The translations under genes were made by a program, and so were the position numbers. From positions 14,213 to 78,212 of the forward strand of contig CAZHFZ010000011.1 of assembly GCA_964531455.1 (NCBI GenBank): DNA of 64,000 nt. The letters are read 5' to 3'. Shown here in pieces: positions 1-8,500 of this stretch (the first letter of the stretch is position 1; each line of letters starts with the position of its first letter). Source of the DNA: an uncultured Bordetella sp. (GTDB taxonomy: Bacteria; Pseudomonadota; Gammaproteobacteria; Burkholderiales; SG8-41). The notes beneath the pieces are model-generated. The model was given only the letters and a program-made list of their open reading frames with translations, had not been told where the DNA came from and ran no database searches.

Positions 1-170
1 CCGGTGACCAGCAACACCCTCAGACCGGCATCCGCGGCCATTTGCTTGATCACACATTTCAGCTCGTCAAGCGTAGCTGCGTTGAGGGCATTCAGCGCCT
101 GCGGCCGGTTGACCGTAAGCAGATAAATACCCGGCTCGGGTTGCTCCAGCAGCAGGTTCTCGAAACTCAT
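1..170 (-). CDS. enoyl-CoA hydratase/isomerase (crotonase) family protein, N-terminal fragment; the gene runs off the left edge
   Basis: Hand translation of the minus strand from ATG at 168-170 gives MSFENLLLEQPEPGIYLLTVNRPQALNALNAATLDELKCVIKQMAADAGLRVLLVTG. This is a typical crotonase N-terminus (NRPxxxNAL). Confidence 0.8.
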   Translation of the reverse strand, partial: MSFENLLLEQPEPGIYLLTVNRPQALNALNAATLDELKCVIKQMAADAGLRVLLVT

Positions 171-201
171 CGCTTGGCTCCGCTTCTGAATTAAAGCCGG
201 A

Positions 202-2007
202 TTATCCAATGCGTTGTTTCACATAGGAACCCGGAGCCTCTTCTAGCGCCTTGTACTTGCCTTTGCCGGGAATCCGCGGCGCAACTTTGGCCCCTGCATG
301 TCCGCCGACCCATTGTGCCCAGTCAGTCCACCATGAACCGGCATGCTGCGTAGCGCTGGACAACCATTCCCCGGACTGCTCCGGCAGCTTTTTGTTGGTC
401 CAGTAACAGTATTTATTTGCCGCCGGCGGATTGATGATGCCTGCGATATGCCCCGACCCTCCGAGTACAAACCGCACCGGGCCTTTCAACAGACGCGCGC
501 CGGCATAAGTGGACTGCCATGGGGCGATGTGGTCCTCCACCGTCGAAATGAAATAGGCCGGTGTTTTTGACTGGGTAATGTCGATGGGCGTGCCGGCCAG
601 TGTGAGAGCGCCTGGCTCGCGCAGCAGGTTCTTCAGATACATGTTGCGCAGATAGAAGCTGTGCATCGCTGCCGGCATGCGCGTTGAGTCCCCGTTCCAG
701 TGCAGCAGGTCGAACGGAAACGGGTCGCGGCCCATCAGGTAATTGTTGACCACGAACGACCAGATCAGGTCGTTGGCACGAAGCATGTTGAAGGTCGTCG
801 CCATTTCCGACCCTTCAAGGTAGCCGCGCTTCTGCATTTTCTTTTCGAGCGCGCTGACCTGCTCCTCGTCGATGAAGACCTCCAGCTCGCCCGGCTTTTC
901 GAAATCGATCATGGTCACAAAAAAAGTAGCACTGCTGATGCGATCCTGTTTCTGCGCAGCCAACCAGGCCATCGTGGCTGCCAGCAGCGTACCGCCCAGG
1001 CAATAGCCGATTACATTTGCCCTGGCTTCGTCGGTGATGTCGCGCATCACGTCGAGAGCTGCCAGCGACCCCTCCGTCAGGTAATCGTCAAACCGCTTGT
1101 GCGCAAGCTTCTCGTCAGGATTGACCCACGAAATGATGAACACCGTGTGCCCCTGCTCCACCGCCCAGCGCACGAAGGAATTGTTTTCGCGCATGTCGAG
1201 GATGTAGAACTTGTTGATCCACGGCGGGATGATCAGCAGCGGCGTCGCGTGGACCTTGTCGGTCAGCGGCTCATACTGGATCAACTGCATGATGTCGTTC
1301 TGGAACACCACCTTGCCCTTGGTCATGGCCAGATTGCCGCCGAGGCTGAAGGCCTCGCTGTCGGTCATGCGCACCTTCAACTGCTCGCCGTCGCCGCGCG
1401 TCAGATCCTCAAGCAGATTGTTAAGCCCCTTGACCAGATTCTGCCCGCCGGAGTTGACGGTTTCCCGCATCGCCTCCGGATTGGTCAACAGAAAATTAGA
1501 CGGCGACAAGGCATCAATGTACTGGCGGGTATAAAAATCGACTTTCTTTGCGGTCTTGTCGTCGAGTCCGTCAACCCGGGCCAGCGAATGATGCAAGTGG
1601 CGCGTGGCAATCAGGTAGGACTGCTTGACATAGTCATAAAGAAAATTGCTCTCCCAGTCATCGTGACGGAAGCGCCGGTCCATCTTGTGCGGCTCGGCAA
1701 TGGGCGACGCAGCCTGGCCCATCATTTTCAGCATCGAGTTCTGCCACAACGCCATATAGTCTTGCCACAACTTCATCTGCAACTCGGCCACTCGCATCGG
1801 ATCGGCAAATACCCTTCCCCATGCATCAAAAAAAGCCTTGGCAATGCCCAGTTCGTCTTTGAACTCCGGCATTCCCTGGCCGGCGGTCCGGGTCATGTAC
1901 TTGCTGAGCAGGGCTCCGCTTTTTTCAGCGATATCGGCATACAGCTTCGCCATTGCCGCTGCATCAATCGGTTGCGGTTCCGGAGACGCTTTCTGTTTGG
2001 TAGTCAT
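202..2007 (-). CDS. phaC: class I poly(3-hydroxyalkanoate) synthase
   Basis: ORF 202..2040. Lipase-box G-x-C-x-G 'GYCLGGT' and 'PLLIIPPWINKFYILD' are typical of PhaC. Start trimmed to the ATG at 2005-2007 (MTTKQK...); TTG at 2040 is the alternative. Confidence 0.93.
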   Translation of the reverse strand: MTTKQKASPEPQPIDAAAMAKLYADIAEKSGALLSKYMTRTAGQGMPEFKDELGIAKAFFDAWGRVFADPMRVAELQMKLWQDYMALWQNSMLKMMGQAASPIAEPHKMDRRFRHDDWESNFLYDYVKQSYLIATRHLHHSLARVDGLDDKTAKKVDFYTRQYIDALSPSNFLLTNPEAMRETVNSGGQNLVKGLNNLLEDLTRGDGEQLKVRMTDSEAFSLGGNLAMTKGKVVFQNDIMQLIQYEPLTDKVHATPLLIIPPWINKFYILDMRENNSFVRWAVEQGHTVFIISWVNPDEKLAHKRFDDYLTEGSLAALDVMRDITDEARANVIGYCLGGTLLAATMAWLAAQKQDRISSATFFVTMIDFEKPGELEVFIDEEQVSALEKKMQKRGYLEGSEMATTFNMLRANDLIWSFVVNNYLMGRDPFPFDLLHWNGDSTRMPAAMHSFYLRNMYLKNLLREPGALTLAGTPIDITQSKTPAYFISTVEDHIAPWQSTYAGARLLKGPVRFVLGGSGHIAGIINPPAANKYCYWTNKKLPEQSGEWLSSATQHAGSWWTDWAQWVGGHAGAKVAPRIPGKGKYKALEEAPGSYVKQRIG

Positions 2008-2047
2008 GACAGGACCCTGGTTTCTATCTTCTTGAATCAAGATTAAA

Positions 2048-2063
2048 TTGACGTTTACGTAAA
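2048..2063. promoter_or_regulatory. near-palindromic operator candidate TTGACGT-TT-ACGTAAA in the phaC / MerR-regulator divergent spacer
   Basis: Read directly from the sequence. It matches 14 of 16 positions of the reverse complement of the box at 2526..2541. MerR-family regulators bind such dyads inside promoters. Confidence 0.5.
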
Positions 2064-2113
2064 AGCAATGATATATATGAAATCAATGTTACCCGCGATT
2101 GCTGCATAGCACA

Positions 2114-2512
2114 ATGAGCAAAGCCTACACCATCAGCGAGCTCGCCCAAGAGTTTGGCGTGACCACCCGCACGTTGCGCCACTATGAAGATCAAGGTCTG
2201 GTGACGCCCACTCGCGAAGGCATCAACCGCATTTACAGCCACCGCGACCGGGTCCGCCTCAAACTCGCCCTCCGCGGAAAACGCCTGGGCTTTTCCCTTA
2301 GCGAGTTACGTGAACTGTTCCAATTGTACGACCTTGCCAATGATGAAAAGCGCCAGCTTGAGGAATTCGCAGTCAAGCTGGAGCGCCGTCGTGCGCAACT
2401 GGAACAACAACGCGAAGACGTGGAAGTCATGCTTAACGAAATCAATTTCTTTGCGACTCAATGTCAGCGTCTGCTGGCGGATGCTGACAGCGCCAAAGCA
2501 AGTCCTGCATAG
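2114..2512 (+). CDS. liuR: MerR family transcriptional regulator, LiuR-like
   Basis: N-terminal HTH 'YTISELAQEFGVTTRTLRHYEDQGLV' followed by a coiled-coil C-terminus. It lies upstream of methylglutaconyl-CoA hydratase-like and HMG-CoA lyase genes. Start set at ATG 2114. Confidence 0.75.
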   Translation: MSKAYTISELAQEFGVTTRTLRHYEDQGLVTPTREGINRIYSHRDRVRLKLALRGKRLGFSLSELRELFQLYDLANDEKRQLEEFAVKLERRRAQLEQQREDVEVMLNEINFFATQCQRLLADADSAKASPA

Positions 2513-2525
2513 CGCTGCAACATTC

Positions 2526-2541
2526 ATTACGTTAACGTCAA
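2526..2541. promoter_or_regulatory. second ACGT-NN-ACGT dyad (ATTACGT-TA-ACGTCAA) downstream of the regulator and upstream of the next operon
   Basis: Read directly from the sequence. Its reverse complement, TTGACGTTAACGTAAT, matches the 2048..2063 box at 14 of 16 positions. Confidence 0.5.
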
Positions 2542-2633
2542 CGGAATTTTAATTATTCAACAAAAACAAATAATTAAGGATCAACTGCGTTAGCAGAATC
2601 ACCATTGATTGAGCATATTGATTCGGAAATCTC

Positions 2634-3236
2634 ATGCCCCAAGCTGTTGAGTTTTATTTCGATTTTTCCTCCCCGTATGGCTATTTTGCCGCGGCAAAAA
2701 TCGACGCGCTGGCAGCCGGACATGGCCGCAGCACAATCTGGCGTCCGATCCTGCTTGGCGCGGTCTTCAAGATCACCGGCCAGCAACCGCTGACCACCAT
2801 CCCGCTAAAAGGTAGTTATGCGGTGCATGACCTCAAACGCTCAGCACGCTGGTTTGAGTTGCCTTTCCGGATGCCGAGCCGGTTCCCGGTTCCAAGCCAG
2901 GCACCATGCCGGGCATTTTACTGGCTGCACGACCGGGATCCCGATGCGGCAAAAGCGCTCGCCCAAGCACTTTACCGCGCTTATTTCGTCGAAGACCGCG
3001 ACATCTCCAATCCTGAAGTCACCGCCAACGTTGCGGCCAAACTGGGACATGACAAGGATGTCATCGCGCAGGCAATCAATGACCCCGCCGTCAAGGAACG
3101 GCTGAAGACGGAAATCGATGCGGCGGTCGAGCGAGGCGTATTCGGCTCGCCGTATGTCATTGTTGATGGCGAACCGTTCTGGGGATCGGATCGCCTGTCA
3201 CAGATCGGTCAGTGGCTGGAAAAAGGGCCCTGGTAG
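2634..3236 (+). CDS. 2-hydroxychromene-2-carboxylate isomerase family protein (DsbA-like thioredoxin fold)
   Basis: 200 aa. N-terminus '[16 protein letters not shown]' and C-terminal '[21 protein letters not shown]' are hallmarks of the HCCA isomerase / DsbA-like family. Confidence 0.8.
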   Translation: MPQAVEFYFDFSSPYGYFAAAKIDALAAGHGRSTIWRPILLGAVFKITGQQPLTTIPLKGSYAVHDLKRSARWFELPFRMPSRFPVPSQAPCRAFYWLHDRDPDAAKALAQALYRAYFVEDRDISNPEVTANVAAKLGHDKDVIAQAINDPAVKERLKTEIDAAVERGVFGSPYVIVDGEPFWGSDRLSQIGQWLEKGPW

Positions 3237-3255
3237 CCCGACACCAGACCCATTC

Positions 3256-3771
3256 ATGCACACCCGCCTCGAAGTCTGGCAAACGGATATCGTGACACTT
3301 GCGGTGGATGCCATCGTCAATGCAGCCAACACCACGCTGCTCGGCGGCGGCGGTGTTGACGGCGCCATCCACCGCGCCGCGGGCCCGCAACTGCTCGAAG
3401 AATGCCGCGGTCTCCACGGATGCCCGACAGGTGAAGCCCGAATCACCCGCGGCTACCGGCTTCCGGCGAAACATGTCATCCACACGGTCGGTCCGGTGTG
3501 GGGCGGCGGCACTGATGGCGAAGCGGCATTGCTTGCCGCGTGTTATCGCGCCTGCCTGAGGCTGGCAAAACAGCATGACCTCAGATCCATCGCCTTCCCG
3601 GCGATCAGTTGTGGTGTTTATCGCTACCCTGCTGCGCAGGCTGTCGCCATCGCAGTACGCGAATGCAGCGCTGAAAAAAGCCGCCTCGAATGCATCATCT
3701 TTGCCTGCTTCGATGCCGGGATGCGCGCGCTTTATGAGGAGGAGTTGGCGCGTTCTGCACATTCGCAATAG
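3256..3771 (+). CDS. macro domain protein (O-acetyl-ADP-ribose deacetylase, YmdB-like)
   Basis: Start trimmed to [12 protein letters not shown]... The protein carries '[25 protein letters not shown]' and '[15 protein letters not shown]', which are canonical macro-domain motifs. Confidence 0.88.
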   Translation: MHTRLEVWQTDIVTLAVDAIVNAANTTLLGGGGVDGAIHRAAGPQLLEECRGLHGCPTGEARITRGYRLPAKHVIHTVGPVWGGGTDGEAALLAACYRACLRLAKQHDLRSIAFPAISCGVYRYPAAQAVAIAVRECSAEKSRLECIIFACFDAGMRALYEEELARSAHSQ

Positions 3772-3930
3772 CTTCCGGCTCCCGTGCATCCACACAGTGG
3801 AAACCGCGGCGCCCGCCATGATGACCCTGCGTATAATCTGCCGAAACCGCGCCATCTCACGCAGCATCACGGTGCGCCCTCTGCAGACCGCAGGACCAGA
3901 CACCCGATCAGGCTTCAAGGAACGATCTAA

Positions 3931-4779
3931 ATGAAGAAATCCGCAGCCAGCGCACGCGTGCTGACCCAGAGGGATGATTACGGCAATTTGACCGTGACCC
4001 TGAACCGCCCGGAAGTTCACAACGCATTCGATCCGGAAATGGTGGCTGCATTGACCGGAGTGCTGGAAGACATCTCCGCTGATGACTCCATACGTGCAGT
4101 GGTGATCGCCGGTGCGGGGAAAAGCTTCTGTGCCGGCGCCGATATCGGCCACATGCGCCAAAGCGCGAAGTTCACAAAGGCACAGAACCAGAAAAACGCT
4201 TCTGAATCGGCGCGCATGTTCCACCTGCTTTACACGCTGAACAAACCGACCGTCGCGGCAGTGCATGGCGCCGTTCGCGGCGGTGGTTGCGGCATCGTCG
4301 CCGCCTGCGACATCGCGATTGCCGCACGCACCGCGACGTTCCGCCTGTCCGAGGTCAAGATCGGCATTATTCCGTCGATGATCAGCCCGTACATCATCGG
4401 CGCCATGGGCGAGCGCCAAGCCCGGCGCTACATGCTCTCCGGTGAAGAATTCGACTGCGCCGAAGCCTGGCGCATCGGTCTGGTGCACGATCTGGTCGAA
4501 GAGGAAGAACTGGGAACACGTGTCGGCGAAATGCTCGGCCAGCTCTACACCAGCGGCCCCAAAGCCATGCATGCGGTCAAACAGATGATCCCGACCAGCG
4601 CACACAGCCTGATCGGCCCCGACATCGTCAGCAAAACGGCTGCCGGCATTGCCGAAATCCGCGCCACACCCGAAGCACAGGAAGGTCTCACTGCGTTCCT
4701 CGAAAAACGCAGGCCGTCGTGGACCGAAGCACCCAAGACTGTCAAAAAATCTGCCGCCAAGAAATCCAAAAAACACTGA
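3931..4779 (+). CDS. liuC: enoyl-CoA hydratase family protein, methylglutaconyl-CoA hydratase-like, with a Lys-rich C-terminal tail
   Basis: Crotonase fold motifs 'LNRPEVHNAF' and 'GAGKSFCAGADI'. It sits directly upstream of HMG-CoA lyase. The tail reads 'KTVKKSAAKKSKKH'. Confidence 0.75.
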   Translation: MKKSAASARVLTQRDDYGNLTVTLNRPEVHNAFDPEMVAALTGVLEDISADDSIRAVVIAGAGKSFCAGADIGHMRQSAKFTKAQNQKNASESARMFHLLYTLNKPTVAAVHGAVRGGGCGIVAACDIAIAARTATFRLSEVKIGIIPSMISPYIIGAMGERQARRYMLSGEEFDCAEAWRIGLVHDLVEEEELGTRVGEMLGQLYTSGPKAMHAVKQMIPTSAHSLIGPDIVSKTAAGIAEIRATPEAQEGLTAFLEKRRPSWTEAPKTVKKSAAKKSKKH

Positions 4780-4817
4780 TTGCAGAATAAAGTCCGCGAT
4801 TGAACGGAGAACACGCG

Positions 4818-5723
4818 ATGGCATTGCCAAAAAAAGTACGCATTGTCGAAGTCGGACCGCGCGACGGCCTGCAAAACGAATCCACGCCGGTTCCTGCCGC
4901 AGCCAAGATTGAACTGATCCACCGCCTGCAGGATGCGGGGGTATCCATCATTGAAGCAACTGCTTTTGTGTCGCCGAAGTGGGTGCCGCAAATGGCCGAC
5001 AACAGCGAAGTCATGGCCGGCATCAGGCGAAAATCCGGTGTGACGTACCCGGTGCTGGTACCCAATATGAAAGGCCTGGAAGGTGCGATCGCCGCCGGTG
5101 CTGAAGAGGTGGTGGTGTTCGGTGCTGCGAGCGAAAGTTTTTCGAAAAAGAACACCAACTGCAGCATAGATGAGGGCCTTGCCCGTTTTGAAGCGGTGGC
5201 TAAAGCCGCCATTGAGAAAGGCCTGCGCGTTCGCGGCGACATTTCAGTCTGCCTTGATTGCCCGTACGAAGGCGCTGTCGATCCCGCTGCGGTAGTGCAT
5301 GTCGCCCGCGCACTCGACGCGATGGGCTGCTACGAAATTACGGTTTGCGACACCATTGGCACTGGCACCGCAGGCAGGACGCGGGCGGTAATCGAAGCCG
5401 TTGCAAAACACATCCCGATTGAACGCATGGCCGGACACTTCCATGACACCTACAGCCAGGCACTGACCAACATCTACGCCGCGCTGGAATGCGGTGTCGC
5501 CACGTTCGACAGTTCGGTGTCAGGACTGGGCGGCTGTCCTTACGCGAAGGGCGCCACCGGCAACGTTGCCACTGAAGATGTACTCTACCTTCTTAACGGC
5601 CTCGGCATCGAAACAGGTATCGACATGAACAAGCTGATCGCTGCCGGTGATTACATCTGCGGTGTCATCGGCCGACCGACGTTGTCACGCGTCGCCCGCG
5701 CTATCCGCGCCAAGGCGGCCTGA
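4818..5723 (+). CDS. liuE: hydroxymethylglutaryl-CoA lyase
   Basis: 'VRIVEVGPRDGLQNE' and 'GHFHDTYSQALTNIYAALECGVATFDSSVSGLGGCPYA' are HMGL family signatures. Start taken at ATG 4818; TTG 4800 is possible. Confidence 0.92.
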   Translation: MALPKKVRIVEVGPRDGLQNESTPVPAAAKIELIHRLQDAGVSIIEATAFVSPKWVPQMADNSEVMAGIRRKSGVTYPVLVPNMKGLEGAIAAGAEEVVVFGAASESFSKKNTNCSIDEGLARFEAVAKAAIEKGLRVRGDISVCLDCPYEGAVDPAAVVHVARALDAMGCYEITVCDTIGTGTAGRTRAVIEAVAKHIPIERMAGHFHDTYSQALTNIYAALECGVATFDSSVSGLGGCPYAKGATGNVATEDVLYLLNGLGIETGIDMNKLIAAGDYICGVIGRPTLSRVARAIRAKAA

Positions 5724-5920
5724 TGACCCAGCCGGCACAAACGAAGGACGATTCTCCCTGCGTGCATATTTGCCTGATGGATTACGCGCAGGGCCTGTGC
5801 ATCGGTTGCCACCGCACGCTCGACGAAATCACCTACTGGACGACCTACACCGTCGCCCGCAAAAGCGAAGTACTGGCGGCAGTGGCCAAACGCCGTGCTG
5901 CCGCTGAAACCAACCACTGA
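5723..5920 (+). CDS. DUF1289 domain protein (small Cys-rich protein)
   Basis: 65 aa with 'SPCVHICLMDYAQGLCIGCHRTLDEITYW', the DUF1289 pattern. Its start overlaps the liuE stop. Confidence 0.7.
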   Translation: MTQPAQTKDDSPCVHICLMDYAQGLCIGCHRTLDEITYWTTYTVARKSEVLAAVAKRRAAAETNH

Positions 5921-5937
5921 AAACCGGAGTCCGAGTC

Positions 5938-6495
5938 ATGCCGTTGCCTGCCCCCGCCCCCCGTACGCTGAAACACACCCGCGCCGTTGAATGCAAAGGG
6001 TATGAACGCGAGGACGGTCTGTGGGACATCGAAGGCCATCTGGTCGACACCAAGACCTACACCCACTCGCGGCGCGACGGCGGCCGCGAACGCAAACCCG
6101 GCGACCCGGTGCACCACATGTGGCTGCGCATGACCATCGACCTCGACCTGAAAATCCACGACATCGAGGCTGTCACCGACAGCGGCCCTTACGAACTCTG
6201 CGGCAGTATCGCGGTGAACTTCAAACGCCTGATCGGACTGACCATTGGCCCCGGCTGGCGCAAGGCCATCAACGAGCGCGTCGGCGGCACTGAAGGCTGC
6301 ACCCACCTCCTCGAACTGCTCGGCCCGCTGGGTACCACCGCATTCCAGGCGACGGGGCGTGCGCGTGAAGCGCATAACGCCAGCAAGCCCGCCACCGGCA
6401 AAAAGCCTTACCAGATCAACTCCTGCCACATCTACAAGGACGACGCGCCGGCGGTGCTGGAGCGGTGGCCGGATTTTTATACCGGGAAGCGCTAG
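5938..6495 (+). CDS. DUF2889 domain protein
   Basis: 185 aa. 'LWDIEGHLVDTKTY' and 'GCTHLLELLGPL' resemble DUF2889 family members. Coding-like composition. Confidence 0.6.
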   Translation: MPLPAPAPRTLKHTRAVECKGYEREDGLWDIEGHLVDTKTYTHSRRDGGRERKPGDPVHHMWLRMTIDLDLKIHDIEAVTDSGPYELCGSIAVNFKRLIGLTIGPGWRKAINERVGGTEGCTHLLELLGPLGTTAFQATGRAREAHNASKPATGKKPYQINSCHIYKDDAPAVLERWPDFYTGKR

Positions 6496-6672
6496 CGCAT
6501 CAGAGAAAGCTGTAAATAATTTTTTAAACAATTATTTATGCGGTTCGGCGATGGCCCAGAAAATCGCTGTTCAAGATTTCTTTCCCAACACTTTAAAGAT
6601 GTTGGGGAAACTGACTTCCATCAACCAATAAAGGGCGATTTACACCCACCCTTTTTGGGATTCTATTTCCAG

Positions 6673-7908
6673 TCAAACGCGCCGCAGATACCACCACCGC
6701 GCCACCGGCGCGAACACGCCGAAAATGCCGATGCTGGCGAATGCCAGCCCCCACGCGGCAACGCTCTGGTTGCCGCCGGCCAAATCGAGCGTCATGCCGA
6801 ACACCAGCGGCGCGAGAAATGCTGTGCTGAAGCCAAGGAAGGAATACACCGCCATCATCGCACCGCGCATTTCCGGGGGTGTGCTCGCCACCGCGCCCGA
6901 GGTCAGTGCGGCGGAGTCGCCGAGCATCGCGCTGTAATGCACCATCATCAGCAGCACCACGATGTACCAGGGCCAGGCCGCCGTATAACCGATCAGGCAG
7001 GCAATCACCCCGGACAGCGTCATGAACAGGAAAATGATGCGCTGGCGGCCAAAGCGGATGGCCAGTTCATTACCGGAAATGCTGAACACCGGGCCCAGCA
7101 CATTGATCATCGCCGCCAGCGTCGCGGCGCTGAGCGCCATCGGCGCGTGCTCCGGCTGCAGCGCAGCGCAGAACACCAAAAAGGCCACCATCCATGTGCG
7201 CTGGCCGAACAGTTCGTAGTTGTGCGCGGCATAACCGATCACGTACGGCAGCGTCTTGCGATTGCGCAACACCGGCCGGAAATCAAGCAGCGCCGTGCTG
7301 TGATGTTCGCGCGGACGCATGCGACCGATAGGCATCGCGAAGGTGACGACCAGCCCTGCCAGCACCGGACCGACCGCGCCGAACCAGAACGCCCATTGCC
7401 AACCCAGGGTCGCGCCGAGTTTGCCCGCGACCAGTATCGAAATCGTCGAGCCGATGCCGAAACTGGCGGTATAAAAGGCCGTCGCGCGTGACTGCGCTGG
7501 GCCTTCAAGGTGATCGGTCAGCGCTTTCAAACCGGGCATGTACGTGCCGCCGAGTGCTGCGCCGATCAGGAACTGGGCGAATGCCGCGCTCCAGAAGCCC
7601 TGGCCGAACAGCGCAAACAGCGCGGCACCGATGCTGCCAATGATGCAAGCGGCGAAATAAATGCGCCGTGAATCCATGCGGTCGGTGAGGCTGGTCAGCA
7701 CGGGCACCGACACCATGTAACCGGCGAACAGGAATCCGCTGATCGCGCCGGCCTCGGAGTTCGACAAGCCCCACTCGCGCTGCAGCTGCGGCAGCAGCGT
7801 GGTGTATGCGGCAAAGCCGGTCATTGACAGCACCTCGGCGGCGCACATGGTGAAAGTCAGCCGCTTGGCCGAATGCCTGCTGTTGGTCACCTCAGACAGC
7901 TCCGGCAT
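6673..7908 (-). CDS. MFS transporter
   Basis: 411 aa, strongly hydrophobic with many predicted TM segments. The loop 'LTDRMDSRRIY' resembles MFS motif A. Confidence 0.8.
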   Translation of the reverse strand: MPELSEVTNSRHSAKRLTFTMCAAEVLSMTGFAAYTTLLPQLQREWGLSNSEAGAISGFLFAGYMVSVPVLTSLTDRMDSRRIYFAACIIGSIGAALFALFGQGFWSAAFAQFLIGAALGGTYMPGLKALTDHLEGPAQSRATAFYTASFGIGSTISILVAGKLGATLGWQWAFWFGAVGPVLAGLVVTFAMPIGRMRPREHHSTALLDFRPVLRNRKTLPYVIGYAAHNYELFGQRTWMVAFLVFCAALQPEHAPMALSAATLAAMINVLGPVFSISGNELAIRFGRQRIIFLFMTLSGVIACLIGYTAAWPWYIVVLLMMVHYSAMLGDSAALTSGAVASTPPEMRGAMMAVYSFLGFSTAFLAPLVFGMTLDLAGGNQSVAAWGLAFASIGIFGVFAPVARWWYLRRV

Positions 7909-8500
7909 CGCGCAGCAGTTTAGCGAGCGCCTCGGCTATGCGGCGATAACCGTCAGCGTTGGGATGAATGGGGTCTGATTTGAGCTCAGGCTTGTAAAGT
8001 ACGCTGGTCACGACCTTGCCTTCGTAAGGAATGCTGAATTCCTGAGCAAGCTTCGCGTAAAAGTCCGGTGCACTGGTAATCAGCCCGGGAGCAGGGACAC
8101 CGACAAGCACTGCATCAATACCGCGCGAACGGATTTCCTTGAGCATGGCGCGCAAGTTGGATTCAATCGCAGCCTGCGGCTGCTTGCGCAGCATGTCGTT
8201 GCCGCCCAGACAGACGATCACCAGACGCGGCCGGTGTTCATCAAGAACTCCGGGGAGACGCTCCAGACCGCCGGCAGACTGCTCCCCGGGAATTCCGGCA
8301 CGCACCACGGTGCGGCCAACCAGTTGAGACAATACGGCCGGATAACTTTCTTCAGCCTTGGCACCGGTACCATGAGTCAGGCTGTCGCCAAAAGCCAGCA
8401 CGATATCGGTCGCAGCAAGTTTCGCCACCCGGGGGGTACTGCCGTCGCAGCCAGTGATCAGCGCCACTACTGTCACTGCAGCAACAAGCCATCGCTTCAT
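7892..8500 (-). CDS. SGNH/GDSL arylesterase, TesA-like lipoprotein
   Basis: Start trimmed to MKRWLVAAVTVVALITGC (lipobox). Motif blocks are 'AFGDSLTHG', 'GGNDML' and 'DPIHPN'. Its ATG overlaps the upstream gene's stop (ATGA). Confidence 0.85.
   Translation of the reverse strand: MKRWLVAAVTVVALITGCDGSTPRVAKLAATDIVLAFGDSLTHGTGAKAEESYPAVLSQLVGRTVVRAGIPGEQSAGGLERLPGVLDEHRPRLVIVCLGGNDMLRKQPQAAIESNLRAMLKEIRSRGIDAVLVGVPAPGLITSAPDFYAKLAQEFSIPYEGKVVTSVLYKPELKSDPIHPNADGYRRIAEALAKLLRDAGAV

Noticed and set aside
700-2046. 448-aa ORF on the plus strand opposite phaC. Similar long antisense ORFs occur at 3157-4830 (557 aa), 36724-38991 (755 aa), 43537-44712 (391 aa), 55153-56289 (378 aa), 25936-27153 and 12003-12863.
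   Set aside because: These are shadow ORFs typical of GC-rich DNA. Each lies fully inside a gene with unmistakable family motifs on the other strand. Their translations are Arg/Ala/Gly/His-rich low-complexity strings with no recognisable domain.
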